Shown here: positions 12,691 through 28,404 of the stretch, piece after piece | How positions within the stretch are numbered: position 1 is the first letter of the stretch | Layout: every line of letters starts with the position of its first letter | Assembly: GCA_951406725.2 (NCBI GenBank) | Contig: OX597818.1 | Span: 100,378,001-100,442,000, forward strand | Direction of reading: 5' to 3' | Length of the DNA: 64,000 nt | DNA from: Octopus vulgaris | Lineage: Eukaryota | The notes under the pieces: generated by a model | Told to the model about the DNA's origin: nothing | The model's database searches: none | The model's input: only the letters and a program-made list of their open reading frames with translations | Translations under genes and position numbers: made by a program

Positions 12691-14721
12691 TTTTAATATG
12701 TATTGAAATGTATTTTATTGAATGGTGATATAATTCAATATGGAACACAATACCATGGGTTGAGTGCATAGATCGGTTAACTACTTATATATTAGATTGC
12801 CTACACCAAATTTCGCCTGGTTTGAGCTGTTCCACACAAACGTAAACAGCTCATTTGCGATATCTGCTAAAAAAGTATATAAGTATATCTCCTATATATT
12901 TTGATGCTGAAATAAATAAAATGACACGCGGAACTTCTCTGTGAAATATAGAAGAAATCTAAATGAATTTTTCCTTCAAATGAAAGAAGAAATCGAAATG
13001 TTGTCTCAAGTTATAAGGAAACGATGAAAAGTAATGATTTATATTTGAGCAGGTTCAATACTCTATCAATATAAAATATTGTTTAGAGCTGCTCTGAGAC
13101 ACATAATAATTAACCTCAGTATGTATAATTGCTCACGGATTTTAAAACATGAGATAATTCAATGAGTACTATTACTTCTGTTTTATTTACGTATATAACT
13201 CCTGTGCCACAGTATACATGTTATATAACTATGGCTTTCATTTGCTAAAACATATAACCGAAAACGTCACTTTATTTCTATGACAATGTAAAGTAGTGAT
13301 TAGACTGTATTTTCATCTGCCTAACAAATGAACTAAATGCTACCTAATTTTCTCAATCTTTTCAAAATACCAGACAAATCTCCCTTAAGACATTTCCTTA
13401 TTGACAACAGTGATTATAATAACATGAGATGCTGGTATTATGATGGCCTCTGGTATAAAATAAATATCAATGACTCTCTAATGTCGTGTTATACACTTCC
13501 TTAAGTAAGGGTAACCAAATATTTAATTAAAATACCCATTGCTAACTAAAATAATACAAGTAGAATTTGCAATACAATACACAACGGAAATGATTCAATG
13601 GCGTCTAAGCATTGTGAAAATGTTATTTATTTCATGGAGATGAATATAAAGAAATCAAGAAACCAGATTAGTAAATAAAAAGAGAGAATAATGAGCAAAC
13701 AGTATAAATTTATTTGTACATTATCTCGCCAAAAGCACATTGTAACCTATGCAAATCCATGACATTAAGCTTATATCGGGGCGGTTTCAGTAGAAGTGCG
13801 AAAATGCAGAAGTTTGGGATAAGTCAAAATAGTGAAGAACTATATGAAAATAAAGTTGAGAAGTTATTTGTAAGTTGACTAACAGTATTAAGATCAAATC
13901 TTCTTCCACATATTTCTAACAAAAAAGAAGAAAAAAAAAACGGAGGTACAAATTAGCCAAAAGGAAGCTGAATTATGGATAACGAACTGCTGATTCATAT
14001 GAGTCAAGAAATAAAGTGGCAAGAAAAACTTCTATCTCAAGAGGAAAAGAAATTTTAGATTTTATAATACCAGATTAAATGAAGCCAAGTTGATATTAAA
14101 CATGTCGAAACGTATATGTTTGTATATGAAAACATGCAAAGAGAAAAGAAGCAGCAGGCTTAGTTTTCATTATAGAAAAGAGATAATGGAATAATGACAA
14201 TATTTTGTTAATGTTTCGTAGTTCCCAATATTTAGAATCTGCAATCTATACACCTTTAGCAAATAACATTTTACATATATAAATATGTAGTTTTCTATTT
14301 CATATATAGCGATGTTTTCTAAATCTCTGGAGTCTGTCGGTTTTAGTTCAACAGTGGCTAACGAAGTTAAGAATCATTGAAACATATATATGCACTACGA
14401 AATAAATTAAAGCAAATGTTCCATATTGTCTGTATACCGTATATTTTGTCCGTTTATTAAATTTTTATAGACATAAATCTCAGTAGCGACCAAATCGTAA
14501 CCAGATGAGGACGTTATATAATTACATATGACGCTTAACTGAACAAAGATTGTTCACTTTTACGGTTACATGCGTCTATATGTTCGATATCTCTAGATAT
14601 AAATTGAAGAATGTCAAATTATGATACGCTAGTATTTTAAATTTTTAATCTCCTTCTCAATTATAATTTCTTGGTGATGTAGAGTGAGAGATACATTCTT
14701 TGGGCAACTTCGAGTCGATGG

Positions 14722-14945
<224 letters not shown>

Positions 14946-15074
14946 TGTATGTCTATCTATATGTATATAAATACATATATACATCTATATACATATATAC
15001 ATATATACATGTATATTATCTATATATAAATTATATATACATATGTATATTACATATATATGTATGTATATATG

Positions 15075-15115
<41 letters not shown>

Positions 15116-15214
15116 CTGTGTGTGTGTCCGTGTGTATTTATATATTTATATATTTGTACATATACATTTGTACCTATATACGTATATACGTATATATCTA
15201 TCTATCTATCTATC

Positions 15215-15246
<32 letters not shown>

Positions 15247-15369
15247 GGCAGAGGAGATAACTTACTCTAAGTATTGGATGATATTTCGCGGTAGTAACTA
15301 TGAGGATGTAAGTTCTCAATTAATCAATTCAAATGAACATAAAGATATAGTTTTACAAATATTTTCCTG

Positions 15370-15530
15370 TGGTCTATGTAATCAACCCCAGAACATAATT
15401 CAACTCGTACTTAATTAGTGGACTCTGAAAGAATGAAAGGTAATGTCGACCTCGACGGAGCTTGAACTCAGAATTTAATAATGTACGAAATGCCCATAAG
15501 CATCTAACCTAGCGTGCTAACGGTTCTAAC
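15370..15530 (-). mobile_element. Diverged SINE family A
   Basis: gaatgaaaggtaatgtcgacctcgacggagcttgaactcagaa. Confidence 0.6.
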
Positions 15531-15939
15531 GTCTATGAATTCAATGATATGAAACCAATGCAATACGATAATGTTAGTATTAAGTACATGAGCTCTCTCC
15601 CTCTCTTTCTCTCTCTCTCTCTTATTTTTAGGCGAATGAATGGATCCCAGTACTTATATTTTAAGCCTCCTACAATCGATTTCTTTTGCAGAACCGGCAA
15701 GTTACGGGAACGCACACACACCCTCACCTAAACACCCCTCCACACACAAACACAGGGTGTCAAGAGGGGATGAGAGAGCAAACACTGATTCGACGACACA
15801 CACGCACACGCACGAACACCCACGCGTACCCACGCGCGCACCCACACACATAAACACATACGCATATAAGTACAAGACACTTGATAAAGGTGCCACGAAG
15901 TGGGACTCAGCCCAGAACAACGTCGTTGGGAAGCCAGAT

Positions 15940-16017
<78 letters not shown>

Positions 16018-16037
16018 CATAGGATATTATTATTAAA

Positions 16038-16039
<2 letters not shown>

Positions 16040-16109
<70 letters not shown>

Positions 16110-16110
16110 T
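16040..16110. repeat. (TAA)n microsatellite
   Basis: Direct reading. Confidence 0.95.
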
Positions 16111-16304
16111 TAATATCAGAGGCAAGCATGCTTGAAATAACCTTACAGGTGAAATTAATTGAAGTTTATAATTATATTTATAATTAAAATGATGAGTGTA
16201 AGGATAGTACCAGCATAGGGTCATATTTCTAGCAATGATGGTATTATTCTTGTACCCTTCATTATAATTATAAATATAATTATAGACTTTATATATATAT
16301 ATAT

Positions 16305-16590
16305 CACCGTGACAGACCAGTCTATCAGATGTTGCTACACATCGCTAGTCACAATGCGCTTCGCATTGATTTATTCTTCAAATGATGCCACCCCGCTGGC
16401 TAAGCGAGCAGGCTAACAGAAGAAAGAGTGAGAGAAAGTTGTGGCGAAATAGTACAGCAGGCATCGCCACCCGAACCCCCTCTGCCGGAGCCTCCTGGAG
16501 CTTTAGGTTTTTTCGCTCAATAAACACTCACAACGCGCGGTCTGGGAATCGCAACCGCAAGCCCTAACCACTAGGCGATTGCGACTCCAC
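16305..16590 (-). mobile_element. tRNA-derived SINE family D in a (TA)n tract
   Basis: Minus-strand head gtggagtcgcaatcgcctagtggttaggg...; its 3' half recurs at 50228-50350 (+). Confidence 0.75.
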
Positions 16591-18010
16591 TTATATATAT
16601 ATATGAATACACATTTTTAATTATACTTATATACATACATATAAATGATGTTTCCCGGTATGTCTATTGTACTTTCTATCTTTCCCTCTCTTTCTCTCAC
16701 TCTCTCCCTATCTCTACCATTTCTCACTCTTTCTCTCTTTCTTTCGCCTTACCCTCTCTCTCTTCATTTTATACCATTCTTAATGTCTCTCAGAGTGCTT
16801 GCAAGTGAATGCGGTTGAAAATTTCCCAAGAGTCTATGAAATTATGAAACAAATCATTGTTTAACCAAAAATAATGGAAAGGAATTAAATTAAATACTGA
16901 CAGAATCGAATCAATAATGCAAGCTCTATAAAGACAGATATTTTTCATATTAACCTAATACTTATAAAGAAAGACCTGGCCCGTACAGGGGTTTAGTGGC
17001 GTCTATGAAAACCTGCCATAGATTTTGACAGCTACATTATCAACTATGACACGTACAGAGTCTATTTTAAAATTGTATAATTACTATAGCACCAGACACG
17101 TTCTTATACACTAGTTGGATAGATATTTGAATTATATATACCCAAAGTAATTGAAAACATTAACAAAAAAATGAGTACAATCTGACCACAAGATCGTGAG
17201 TTTTCTTACTTGAATTTAAGACGGCGGCTAATGTTATATAATTTTCGATCGTTTTCATTGAGGAGATTTATAGCTAGGTACGTGCTCAAATGAACTTCTT
17301 ATTTTCGGACGGTGTGTCTACCGCAAAACTACAAAACAACTTTCTATTATATTACATACACACTCGCGGCCATAGACACACACACAAACACAGACACACA
17401 GAGATATCGACATATACAGGTAAACACACACACGCTCACACCCGCGCACATACACACACACATTAATAAGATCATAACAATTTTTATAAACTTCGAGAGA
17501 ACGTGAAAGAATATTCTTTGGAGAATATCTCGAAGCATACACGCATTAAGCTATAATAACAGCATATAAGTATTGTGCTAAAAAGGACTGTTTGTCAAGC
17601 TGCCTGCTAAAAAGAATTTAATACATATTCCCATACATGTATAGATAAAACTTAGATATGTTTCGACCAGAGATTGGTCCAGGCCATGTCTAACTTAATA
17701 GCACCACCTGATATATGTATATATATACATATATAAATATACATACACACATATACATATATATATGCATACATATATATATTTATATAAGAAATCAAAA
17801 ATGGAAAATACGCACACTCACATGGTTTTAATATAATTTTTAATACATCGACCGGTTTCTCTATCGCTATTCATGTATTATGTTTTACTTATTTGAATAT
17901 GTACGTTTTCTTTAGAAGAAATTTTTTAAAGTTACGAAGCAATTTTTTTTTTGATATTGCATTTTCTCATTATGAAATAAAATTCCCTGAATCTATTTTG
18001 CCATTTATGA

Positions 18011-20285
18011 TTTATATTTATTTATTTTTATTTATTTATTTGTTATTTATCTAGTTTCAGCTCACAAGCTGTGGCCATGCTGGGGCACCGCCATTTGGTG
18101 TTGCTACATGATTTTACTTCACGAATGCTTTTTATCAATTGCCATTTGGTGCATGAGAGAGTTCGGTGCAGCTACCCTCATCTGCACCTCCTGCCGTGAA
18201 GTTGGTTCATCTGGGATACCTGACAAGAAGAGATCCAGTTTCATTTTAAAGACATCTGCATCCACCCCATGCAGGTCTCTTAGGTTCTTCGGGAGGATAT
18301 TCAAGAGCTGTGGGCCTCGGAAGCCCAGACTATCACAGTATCTTGTCCTACATCTCCAAGGCAAATTTGGAGTTCTTGGCACTATGCAGTGGCGCCCAGT
18401 TCTGGCATTTGTGTAACTCTCGATGCCAAAGTTTGGGACAAGTCCTTCTAGGATCTTCCAGATGTATATTATGGCATATCTTTCTCGCTTACTCTCTAAG
18501 GAATAGAGTCTCAATCTCTTGAGTCTTTCCCAATAGCTTATATGCTGCATAGAGGCTATCTTTTTCGTGTAGCTTCGTTGGATCGCCTCAAGTTCTGTGA
18601 TTAACTTCACACTGGATGGTGACCATAGCTGAGAGCAATAGTCAAAGTGGCTTAGGACAAGTGTCCTCCAGAGGACCATCATGATTTCCTGGTCTCTTGT
18701 TCTGAAGGTTCTAAGAATCCATCCGGTCAACCGCCTACATTTCATTGCCAATTTAGCAACATGCACATTAAAGGTTGCACCATCACTCATGTAAATACCC
18801 AGGTCTCGCACTGATTGTGCCTCTGGGATTGCAGTCCCTCCAGGTCCAGTGTATTTATTAGGTATTGCATTTAGGTTTGCGTGCTGATAGCATAGAGCTT
18901 GAAACCTTTCAGCATTGAACTGCATGCCATTCTTTTCAGCCCACTTGTATATTTTGTCCAGCTCACATTGCAGGTGCTTAGTGTCTTCAGGGTTCTGTAT
19001 TGCCTGTGAAACTTTTGTATCATCTGCATAACTTGTGATCGTGGCCCTCTGCGTGGCTGAGGGCATGTCTGAGAGGGCCATTATGAACAGTAGTGGTCCC
19101 AAAACAGTGCCCTACGGAACACCGCTCACTATTTACGTGTTAATGGAAGTTACTACCACCTGACTTCTATCCTTCAGGAAGTCATGAAGCCATTCTCCCA
19201 ATTTTCCAACTATGCCAAGATCACGTAGTTTGTGACATATTCCATGATCGACTTTATCAAAGGCCTTTGCAAAGTCGAGATATATCACTTCCACATTTGA
19301 GTGGTTGAGCAGTCGTTTCAGCACCCAGTCATAGTGTTGTATGAGCTGAGTTAAGCAGCTTCTTCCTGGTCGGAAACCATGTTGGGTGTCAGGCAGCAAG
19401 TCATTTTCTTCAAGGAAGGTGATTAGTTTTTTTCTGACTATTCGTTCCATGACCTTGCTGATGTGTGAGGTCAGAGAGATAGGTCTGTAATTCTTGCCCT
19501 CCGCTCTGCTACCTCCTTTATGAATAGGGCATATTTTACCTTCCTTCAGTTTTCTTGGAAGTTTGCCAGTTGCAAGGAAGCTCTGAAAGATGAACTGCAG
19601 TGGTCTTGCTAGGACTCTCTTACATACTTTTAGAAGGATTGCTGGGAATCCATCTGGGCCAGTAGCTGAGCTTGTTTTCATTTCATCAATAGCCTTTATT
19701 ACATCGTCTTCCTTTATATTGATGTAATCAATCATTGCTGCCTCCGATTTTATATCTGCAGCGGTAAAGAAGTCAGTTGGATTGCTGACTCGAAAATGCC
19801 CTAGGGGTGGCGTGAAAATACTCTTGAATTGCTCATTTAGTATTTCACTTACCCTCATTGGATTTCCTGTGAGTGTGCCATCCTTTTCAAGGTGTGGCCC
19901 TATCTTACAGGGCACCGTAGCTGTTTCTTTGGCATACCTGTAGAAAGCTCTGGGGTTAGATTTTATGTTGCCTATAGCCCATGCTTCTTTGTCTGCTCTT
20001 TCTTTTTCATGGGAGAGTTGCAGACATTTTTCAATTTCCAACAGTTATATTTTCAGTCGGGACTTTTCACTGCTTTCAATTTATTTGTTTAGGCGATTTG
20101 AAACTTTTGTACGACGTCTCATTAGAATTTTCCTCTCTCTGGGGATTTTGCTCTTGTGTACAGTGGTCTTTCTCTCTGGGACACATTTGTAGCATATGGC
20201 TTGCATTACAGACATGAATTGTTGAAGTTTCATGTCGATGTCTGGCGAAGATAGACATTCAGGCCAGTTTTGTTTATATTTATAA
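18011..20285 (-). mobile_element. 5'-truncated CR1-group LINE (ORF2 RT domain), with two nonsense codons and a 12-nt in-frame deletion near 19110-19150
   Basis: NYRPISLTS, QHGFRPGRSC, YLDFAKAFDKVDH, LGPLLF, YADDTK, RDLG motifs; (TAAA)n tail at 18011-18050; differences judged against the copy at 26955-28406. Confidence 0.95.
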
Positions 20286-20454
20286 AAAGTGCAGGTGGCA
20301 TATATTTTATACATTTATATATATATATGCGAGTGTATATGTATATATATATATATGCATACATGTTTGTGTCCGTGTGTGTGTCTGTATGTATATATAT
20401 AGATATATATATATATATCTATATATATACATACATATATTTATATACATATGT

Positions 20455-20640
20455 GGAGGCGCAGGAGTGGGTGTGTGGTACATAGCTTGCTTGCCAACCA
20501 CATGGTTTCTGCTTCAGTCACACTGCGTGGCAACTTAGGCAAGTGTGTTCAACTATAGCCTCGATTTGTTCGACGAAAGCCAGTGCTCCACCATGGCCGC
20601 AGTAAAATGACTGAAACAAACAAAAGAATAAAAGAAAGAA
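20455..20640 (+). mobile_element. Internally deleted SINE family B
   Basis: ggaggcgcaggagtgg head joined at tatagcctcg|atttgttcgac to the tail. Confidence 0.75.
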
Positions 20641-20751
20641 TAGAAAAGTATATATATATATATAGAGATAACTATACATAAACATACATACGTATACATT
20701 TAAATACGTATGTATGTGTATATATGTACACATCTCTTTAGTTATATCTAT

Positions 20752-21073
20752 ACGGAGCACTCCGTCGGTTACGACGATGAGTGTCCAAGCTGATGAACGG
20801 AACAGCTTGCTCGTTAAATTAACGTGCAAGTGACTGAGCAATCCCCAGACACGTGTACCCTTAACATATTTCTCATGGAGATTTAACGCGACACAGAGTG
20901 TGACAAGGCTGGACCTTTGAAATACAGTACAACTCCTTTTTACTAGCTGAGTGAACTGGAGCAACGTGAAATAAAGTGTATTGCTCAAGGACACAACGCG
21001 TTGCCGGGGATTGAACTCACGGCCTTACAATCGTGAGCCAAATGCCCCTAACCACTAAGCCACGCGCCTTCAC
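20752..21073 (-). mobile_element. tRNA-derived SINE family C
   Basis: Minus-strand head gaaggcgcgtggcttagtggttaggg...gagttcaatccc, then tgtgtccttgagcaatacac; relatives at 48970, 52690 and 55985. Confidence 0.8.
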
Positions 21074-21607
21074 AGTTATATTTACAAATAAGAGATATAC
21101 AAAGATTCCCAGACTGGTTTGGAGAAGGTAATATTAGTAACAGCTAGGTAATAATGTATACGTTCATGTGTAATCGATTTGGTTTTATAAAAAATCAACC
21201 TATTTTCCTGTACTGTGTATAGAGAAATACAATATATACATAAGATTGAACACTTGCTGGTAAATCTTGATGTAACAGTCGGAAACAAGCATATAACAAT
21301 ATGCATTTAATTAACTTAGTCATTTGACAACAGATTTTAACGTCTTGTCTATTTCTGACAGGCCACAAGAAGTCTCACTCTGCATGATTCTTCGTTTGTA
21401 TCTTTAAATATGGTATAACAATTGTGGAAATATTGAAAATAATACTTTTTATTACCTTCAACAATACAAGCATACGCATATAATCAAGCGTGTATATTCA
21501 CACATGAATTATATATACATGTGTACATATACATACATATATCTATATATATATATATGCATATAAATATGTATATGTAAATATATATGTATCAATGTAT
21601 ATATACA

Positions 21608-21659
<52 letters not shown>

Positions 21660-21894
21660 TGTGTGTGTGTGTATCTATGTGTGCAGATGTGAATATGTCT
21701 TCATACATATAGATATTTGTAAATGTGTGTATATTTATAAGTATGTATTTATAAGTATGTATATATATATATATATGTTTATGTATGTATCTGTCTCTTT
21801 GTCTGTCTCCATATCAATATATTTACGTATCTGTATACCTACCTACCTACATATCTACCTACCTATCTATGTATGTATGTATCTACCTACCTAC

Positions 21895-21933
<39 letters not shown>

Positions 21934-22434
21934 GGTTGGTAGGTAGATATGTAGGTAGGTAGCCACATAATAGCTATCTATTGATTTATTTATATACTAC
22001 TATGACTGGTATTATTTATACAATATTACAATGTCATGACAGCTATGTAATATTACTGAACCGTTTCATGCTGTTAGCTAAATTCGCAATCATCAGATGT
22101 GCTGTATATGAAATGTAAAATTTACTTACTCTATCATTTGCTTTTTTTCCTGACTCATGAGATCTTTTTCAACAGCTATGCGTGTATACATGTATGGTAT
22201 TATTTCTAGATATCTTACTAATGGATAAATAGTTAGTCTTTTACTAGAATCAATGCACTAGAACCAAGTGGTATTCCAACAACAGCACGGTTAATGAGCA
22301 TCATTGAGGGAGCATGCGTAAGTTAGTGCATGTGTAGGTCTGTGTTTCGTCCTGCATACATACATAATACATACACACATACATACATACATATATGCAT
22401 ACATACATACATACATACATACATACATGAGTAC

Positions 22435-22479
<45 letters not shown>

Positions 22480-22655
22480 TAAAACACGTATCCTTTATAA
22501 AATAAAGTAACAATTAAAGATGGAGGAGAGAAGTTAAAAGTTTTATAAAACTTTAATCCATGCATACGATCGTTTCGAATGCTAACACCAACATGTAAGA
22601 AACATGTTGGACCCCGCAAAAAATAAAAGGATGAAGTTGAATTTAATCTTTATCG

Positions 22656-22750
<95 letters not shown>

Positions 22751-23149
22751 TACTACCTACCTACCTACCTACCTACCAGGCATTCTCAAAGGAATAGAGA
22801 GAGAGAGAGTGAGAGAGAAAGAGACAGACTATGGAAATATCTACAAAATGTTTCACTTAATTTTTATTCTCCAATTTAATTGCATTTTCTGATTTTACAC
22901 TTATTTGAAAAAGTCTAAAAAGTCGGAAACCGGTACTAAAATGATAAAAGTTTCTTAGAATTTTCTGTATGTATGTATATATGTATATGTGTATGTATGT
23001 ACATATTCTTGCACATTGAAGCATACCTATATGCTAAATAAATTATAAGTGTGAGGACTTGTATCTGTAACGTTCCAATTAACTCAAGATTGGCGTAGTT
23101 ATATCTTGTTTTCTATCCCAGTGCCCCATGAATTGCAGGTGTAATCCGA

Positions 23150-23480
23150 ACTTGTAATTTGAGTTAAATTGGTGTAAATGTTTTAGCAGTCCAGCGTAGA
23201 TGTTTTCTATTTCACTGACCTTCATCTTTGTGTTGACATTCGCAGAGCAGCTTATTTCGAATAAAGCACATTATGTTCAACAATACCCTTTCATCTTGTG
23301 TGGTTATTGTCTCTTCCACACTGTAGGCTCTCGTTGTACCACACTTCCATATCTTACCGGTATATAACAGTACGTTGATATTTTCGGACAAATCTTTATG
23401 GCATGGGTGATTTCTTGGTGTTAACTGCTCAAAGGTTCCATCTGTTATCGAATGTCGGTGTTTTTCCTTCAGTTTTGACC
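23150..23480 (-). mobile_element. Possible highly decayed non-LTR (R4-like) RT thumb fragment
   Basis: Weak resemblance of INVLLYTGKIW...FIRNK...KDEG to the R4-clade region INxxAxPVLRY...HxxSxxxRLYxxRxxGGRG. Confidence 0.25.
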
Positions 23481-24589
23481 TTTTCGTGCAACACACACAC
23501 ACACACACACACATACACACATACACACATGCATGCAGTGACATGTGTATATATGTATGTTTTCGTATGTATGTATTCATGTATGCATGTATGTATTGAT
23601 TTCTATGCATTAATCTGCGACAGAAAATTTCGTAGGGTATTTTAGACGTGACAGAGTAGATGTCAGTCCAGGTCTGATCACATCTAATTTCATACAGAGA
23701 GAGGAAGAAGGAGAAAGGGAGAAAGATAGAGAGACAGATAACGGTGGGGGGGGTAGAGAGACAGACAGAGAGAGTTTGGGAGGGAAGGAGATAGAATTGT
23801 TTACAGGATTGCTACTGTTTATATCGACTTATCGATTCCAAGGTATACAATTGAACTCAGCGCTCTGTGAGTCGGCACGAACACTGCAAAACAATCTATC
23901 TCTCGTACAAAAGAGTCGTGCCATTTGCAACCATATATATATACACATACACACACATCTATATATATGTATATATATATACATATATATATGTGTGTGT
24001 GTATACCTAACTCGAATACATAAACATATACATACATGCAAACAAACATGCATACATACATACACATATAGATTTATACATGCACACGTACATACATACT
24101 TATATACATACATACTCACATACACACGGACATACATAATACATACACTCACATACATACATACATACATACATACGTATATACAAACATTAATACATAC
24201 ATACCTCCATGCATGCATACATGCATACATACATGCGTACATACACACAAACATACATATACACATACATACACTAATACATACATAAATGCATATATAC
24301 ATACATGCATACGTTAATGATGGCTGTTGATTCGAAAAACGACCGTGGATGAGTCAATAATGTGTATCTCAGCATTACATGTTTTGAGACCGCTAATGCC
24401 TCTTGAATTCCGTCAGCGAATTACAGAGGTTTGACATTTATACATATTCTCCTAACTTCTTGGTTTTTCCGGATCCTTCTGACGATTTTCTAAGTGCACC
24501 TACATGTGCCTAGATAAACATGAGCAATTTTACGTACATGTTCTGGCACACAGTGCGTATGAGGTTGGCTCTGGCACGAATGTTTCTGT

Positions 24590-25500
24590 AGATTGTAACA
24601 GGTCTCTTTGCATAGATTATCTGGTAGCTCACCAGGCCTACCCAATACACATATATGCGGCTACAGAATTCAGGCCTCACGAAGGACTGCAGGGTGATCG
24701 GAAATGTCTTTTCGTGCTGACCACTCTATATATGACCACTAGTTTCCTTTCCGCTAGAATGCGATCACTCCGCCATAGACTCCTCGCCTGCAAGTCTTCC
24801 TGTCATATGATATATCTTTCAACTCCTGTTCCGAAATCTCACATATTCCGATCGATTCCTTTAACTTGCCCTTGAGTTACTTCATTGTATTATGTTATGG
24901 TGGAGTCCCTTGCGACAATTCGCTATATAACAATTACTTCGCAAATCTGCTATCATGAAGATGCACATAATCAACCCAGTTCATACGGTGACGGTGGATG
25001 TGTGCCTAAATTCTCACTTGACCGTCTCTTACAAAAACTGCCATATCAGAGGTTTGAGTCAACCAGTGGATGCCTGGCATGTTTCTACAACACTTCTGAT
25101 GAAAGCGCTCAAGTGATTATAGGAATTGCGATGCACTACCCAAGTTTCGCACGAATAATAGGCATGGCGGCACGCAGAATTTGTCGACAGCCAACTTGTT
25201 ATTTTCTGAGAACAGACATGACCCTTCACAGTGGCAAATTATTTGCCACTGTGAAGTGATAAATGCATGTTTCGCTTTTTATTCGTGTAATGATCTCGTC
25301 GTTTAAAGAGCAGTGTTGGTTGATAGTACAACCTTAGGAATGGAAACGTATCAGCTAACATCACTTGGTGGCCCTCCACATAAATAGCTGGATCTATGCG
25401 TGGCCTTACATGCACAGATTTGTGTATTACTACAGTTTTGTGAAGGCTGATGGTGAGACCAAATTCCTTGCGTCACTTTTGTGGTGAGTCAGAGGATTAT
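24590..25500 (-). mobile_element. Decayed RTE-clade LINE 3' region
   Basis: My translations KEFGLTISLHKTVVIH, CTINQHCSLNDEIITRIK, DISYDRKTCRRGVYGGV and VGLVSY match RTE motifs FGLTISxxKT, GSTLSxxxxLDDEIxxRI, AxDRxxWR and RIGLxSH. Confidence 0.75.
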
Positions 25501-25842
25501 ACTTAACGACACAATACATTAATACGTAAGTACGTACATACATACATACATACATAGATACATACATATAGAAATATATATGTGTGTGTAATTGTATGTA
25601 TATGTATGCGTGTGTGTATTATTTGTGCATATATATGCCTGAACGACATTTTAAGATCCACATAGATCAGAATTAAATTACAGCTCTTGGTGGTCGAAAG
25701 CTTATATGCAATTTATGTAGGTGTCTTTTCAAAACATTATTGTCTGGTTTAAAAGACACATCAGCCGCCATTATAGATCTATAGTATAAGTACAACAGGT
25801 GGTCAAGTGCAAGAGTAAACAACCATTATCTGTATGGGTATA

Positions 25843-25884
<42 letters not shown>

Positions 25885-26878
25885 AATATATAACGATTGT
25901 GAGGATAGTGCAAAAAATGAAAATGACTGGAGAAGACAATCTATTATATAAAATCTATTCTCTGTGTGTGTGTGTGTCTTCTAGGATCTCGGGCATCCTC
26001 CACCTGATGGCGCTCAAATTTGATATGTAGATACCGACGGTATCAGGGCGTGTATAAGTCTTGCAAAAATTTAAAAAATCGATTCCAGGTAAGAATACGA
26101 TCGATAAAGCCGTGGGAACGTGAATTTGTACGTGCAAGTACATCAGCTGTTGCGATGTATTTACTGGTAATTTAAACTCTTCGGGTGCATATTTGTGTGA
26201 ATAAAATAGTTTTTCTTTGGAATAGAAAAAAAGTCTATCTTTATTTCATCTTTTGCTGGTGTCTCAAATTTAGTTTAAATCAGTGTTTCTCAAAGGAGAG
26301 GCCTATAGGACGGTCGGACAAGTTGTTTTGAGAAAATTTGGTTTAAATGTTTGATAACTCAGCACCGTCCATTGGACAGGGGGCGTTTGCTCGTGTCATA
26401 TAAGACAAATATATTCTGTAACAGAAAGTAATCTAGTTGCATGAAGACACAAGGAAAAATGATCAAAATATGCATAATTTTGACTTTCCCCCAGGTATTA
26501 TATTTATTTAACTAGTCATCTCCATGTCCTTGGTGCTCAAAGTAACGTAACTGCTGATATGCGCAGTCGATATTTCGTTTGTGGAAAACAACTTCAATAA
26601 TGAAGATACATATGTGAAATCGTTCAAATTGAATGAATTAGTTTCTACATATTAAAATTGTAAATATGAAAACAAATTAACTATATTATAGATACATACT
26701 TAAAATTGCAAATAATGAAAAGAAATTAACTGTATTGTAGAATTTTGAACTGTACATAGTTAAATTGTAAGTAATGAAAACAAATTAAGCATATTGTAGG
26801 AAATGTTAGCTGTGGGTGGTGTGTTTCCTGGTGTGGAGTGTGGAAGATAATGTGTTTGTGTGTCTGCGTGTCTGAGTA

Positions 26879-26954
<76 letters not shown>

Positions 26955-26957
<3 letters not shown>

Positions 26958-28404
26958 TTTTCTTTCTTTCTTTTTTTTTTCTTTTCTTAGTTTCAGCTTA
27001 TGAGCTGTGGCCATGCTGGGGCACCGCCATTTGGTGTTGCTACTTGGTTTCACTTCATGGAGGCTTTCTAGCAACTGCTATTTGGTGCATGAGAGAGTTC
27101 GATGCAGCTGCCCTCATCTGCCCTTCCTGCCGTGAAGTTGGTTCATCTGGGACACCTGACAGGAAGAGATCCAGCTTCATTTTAAAGACATCTGTATCCA
27201 CCCCATGCAGGTCTCTCAGGTTCTTCGGGAGGATATTGAAGAGCTGTGGGCCTTTGAAGCCCAGGCTATCACAGAATCTTGTCCTACATCTTGATGGCAG
27301 GTTTGGAGTCCTAGGCACCACGCAGTGGCGCCCAGTTCTGGCATTTGCGTAAATCTCGATACCAAAGTTCAGGACACTTCCCTCCAGGATCTTCCAGATG
27401 TATATTATGGCATATCTTTCCCGCCTACGCTCCAGGGAATATAATTTTAATCTCTTGAGTCTTTCCCAGTAGATTACATTCTGCATAGAGGCTATCTTCT
27501 TCGTGTAGCTTCGTTGGATCACCTCAAGTTCTGTGATCAACTTGACACTGGATGGTGACCATAGCTGAGAGCAATAGTCAAAGTGGCTTAGGACAAGTGT
27601 CTTCCAGAGGACCATCATGGTTTCTTATTCTCTTGTTCTAAAGGTTCTAAGAATCCAGCCAGCCAGCCGTCTACATTTCATTGTCAGTTTAGCAACATGT
27701 ACATGAAAGGTCGCGTCATCACTCATGTGAATACCCAGGTCTCGCACTGATTGTGCCTCTGGGATTGCAATCCCTCCGGGTCCAGTGTATTCATTGGGTA
27801 TTGCATTCAGTTTTGCATGCTGATAGTATAAAAGTTTGAAACTTTCCAGCATTGAACTGCATGCTATTCTTTTCAGCCCACTTGTATATTTCGTCCAGCT
27901 CACATTGCAGGTGTTTAGTGTCCTCAGGGTTCTGTATTGCCTGTGAAACTTTTGTATCATCTGCATAACTTGTGATCGTGGCTCTCTGCGTGGCTGAGGG
28001 CATATCTGAGAGGGCCATTATGAACAGTAGTGGTCTCAGAACAGTGCCCTGCGGAACACCGCTCACTATTTGTGTGTTAATGGAGGTGGCCCCATTGGCT
28101 ACTACCACCTGACTTCTATCCTTCAGAAAGTCATGAAGCCATTCTCCCAGTTTTCCAACTATGTTGAGATCACGCAGTTTGTGACATATCATTCCATGAT
28201 CGACTTTATCAAAGGCCTTTGCAAAGTCGAGATATATCACTTCCACATTTGAGTGGTTGAGCAGCCGTTTCAGCACCCAGTCATAGTGTTGTAGGAGCTG
28301 AGTTAAACAGCTTCTCCCTGGTCGGAAACCATATTGGGTGTCGGGCAGCAAGTCATTCTCTTCAAGGAAGGTGATCAGCTTCCTTCTGACTATTCGTTCC
28401 ATGA

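Noticed and set aside
18119-20041. Host reverse transcriptase gene or active LINE
   Set aside because: 5'-truncated, no endonuclease domain or ORF1, and premature stops
21000-21073. tRNA gene
   Set aside because: tRNA-like head of SINE family C that runs into the SINE body; no complete cloverleaf
21093-21390. Plus-strand two-exon peptide DIQRFPDWFGE|GHKKSHSA*
   Set aside because: Very short, weak first acceptor, and easily explained by chance
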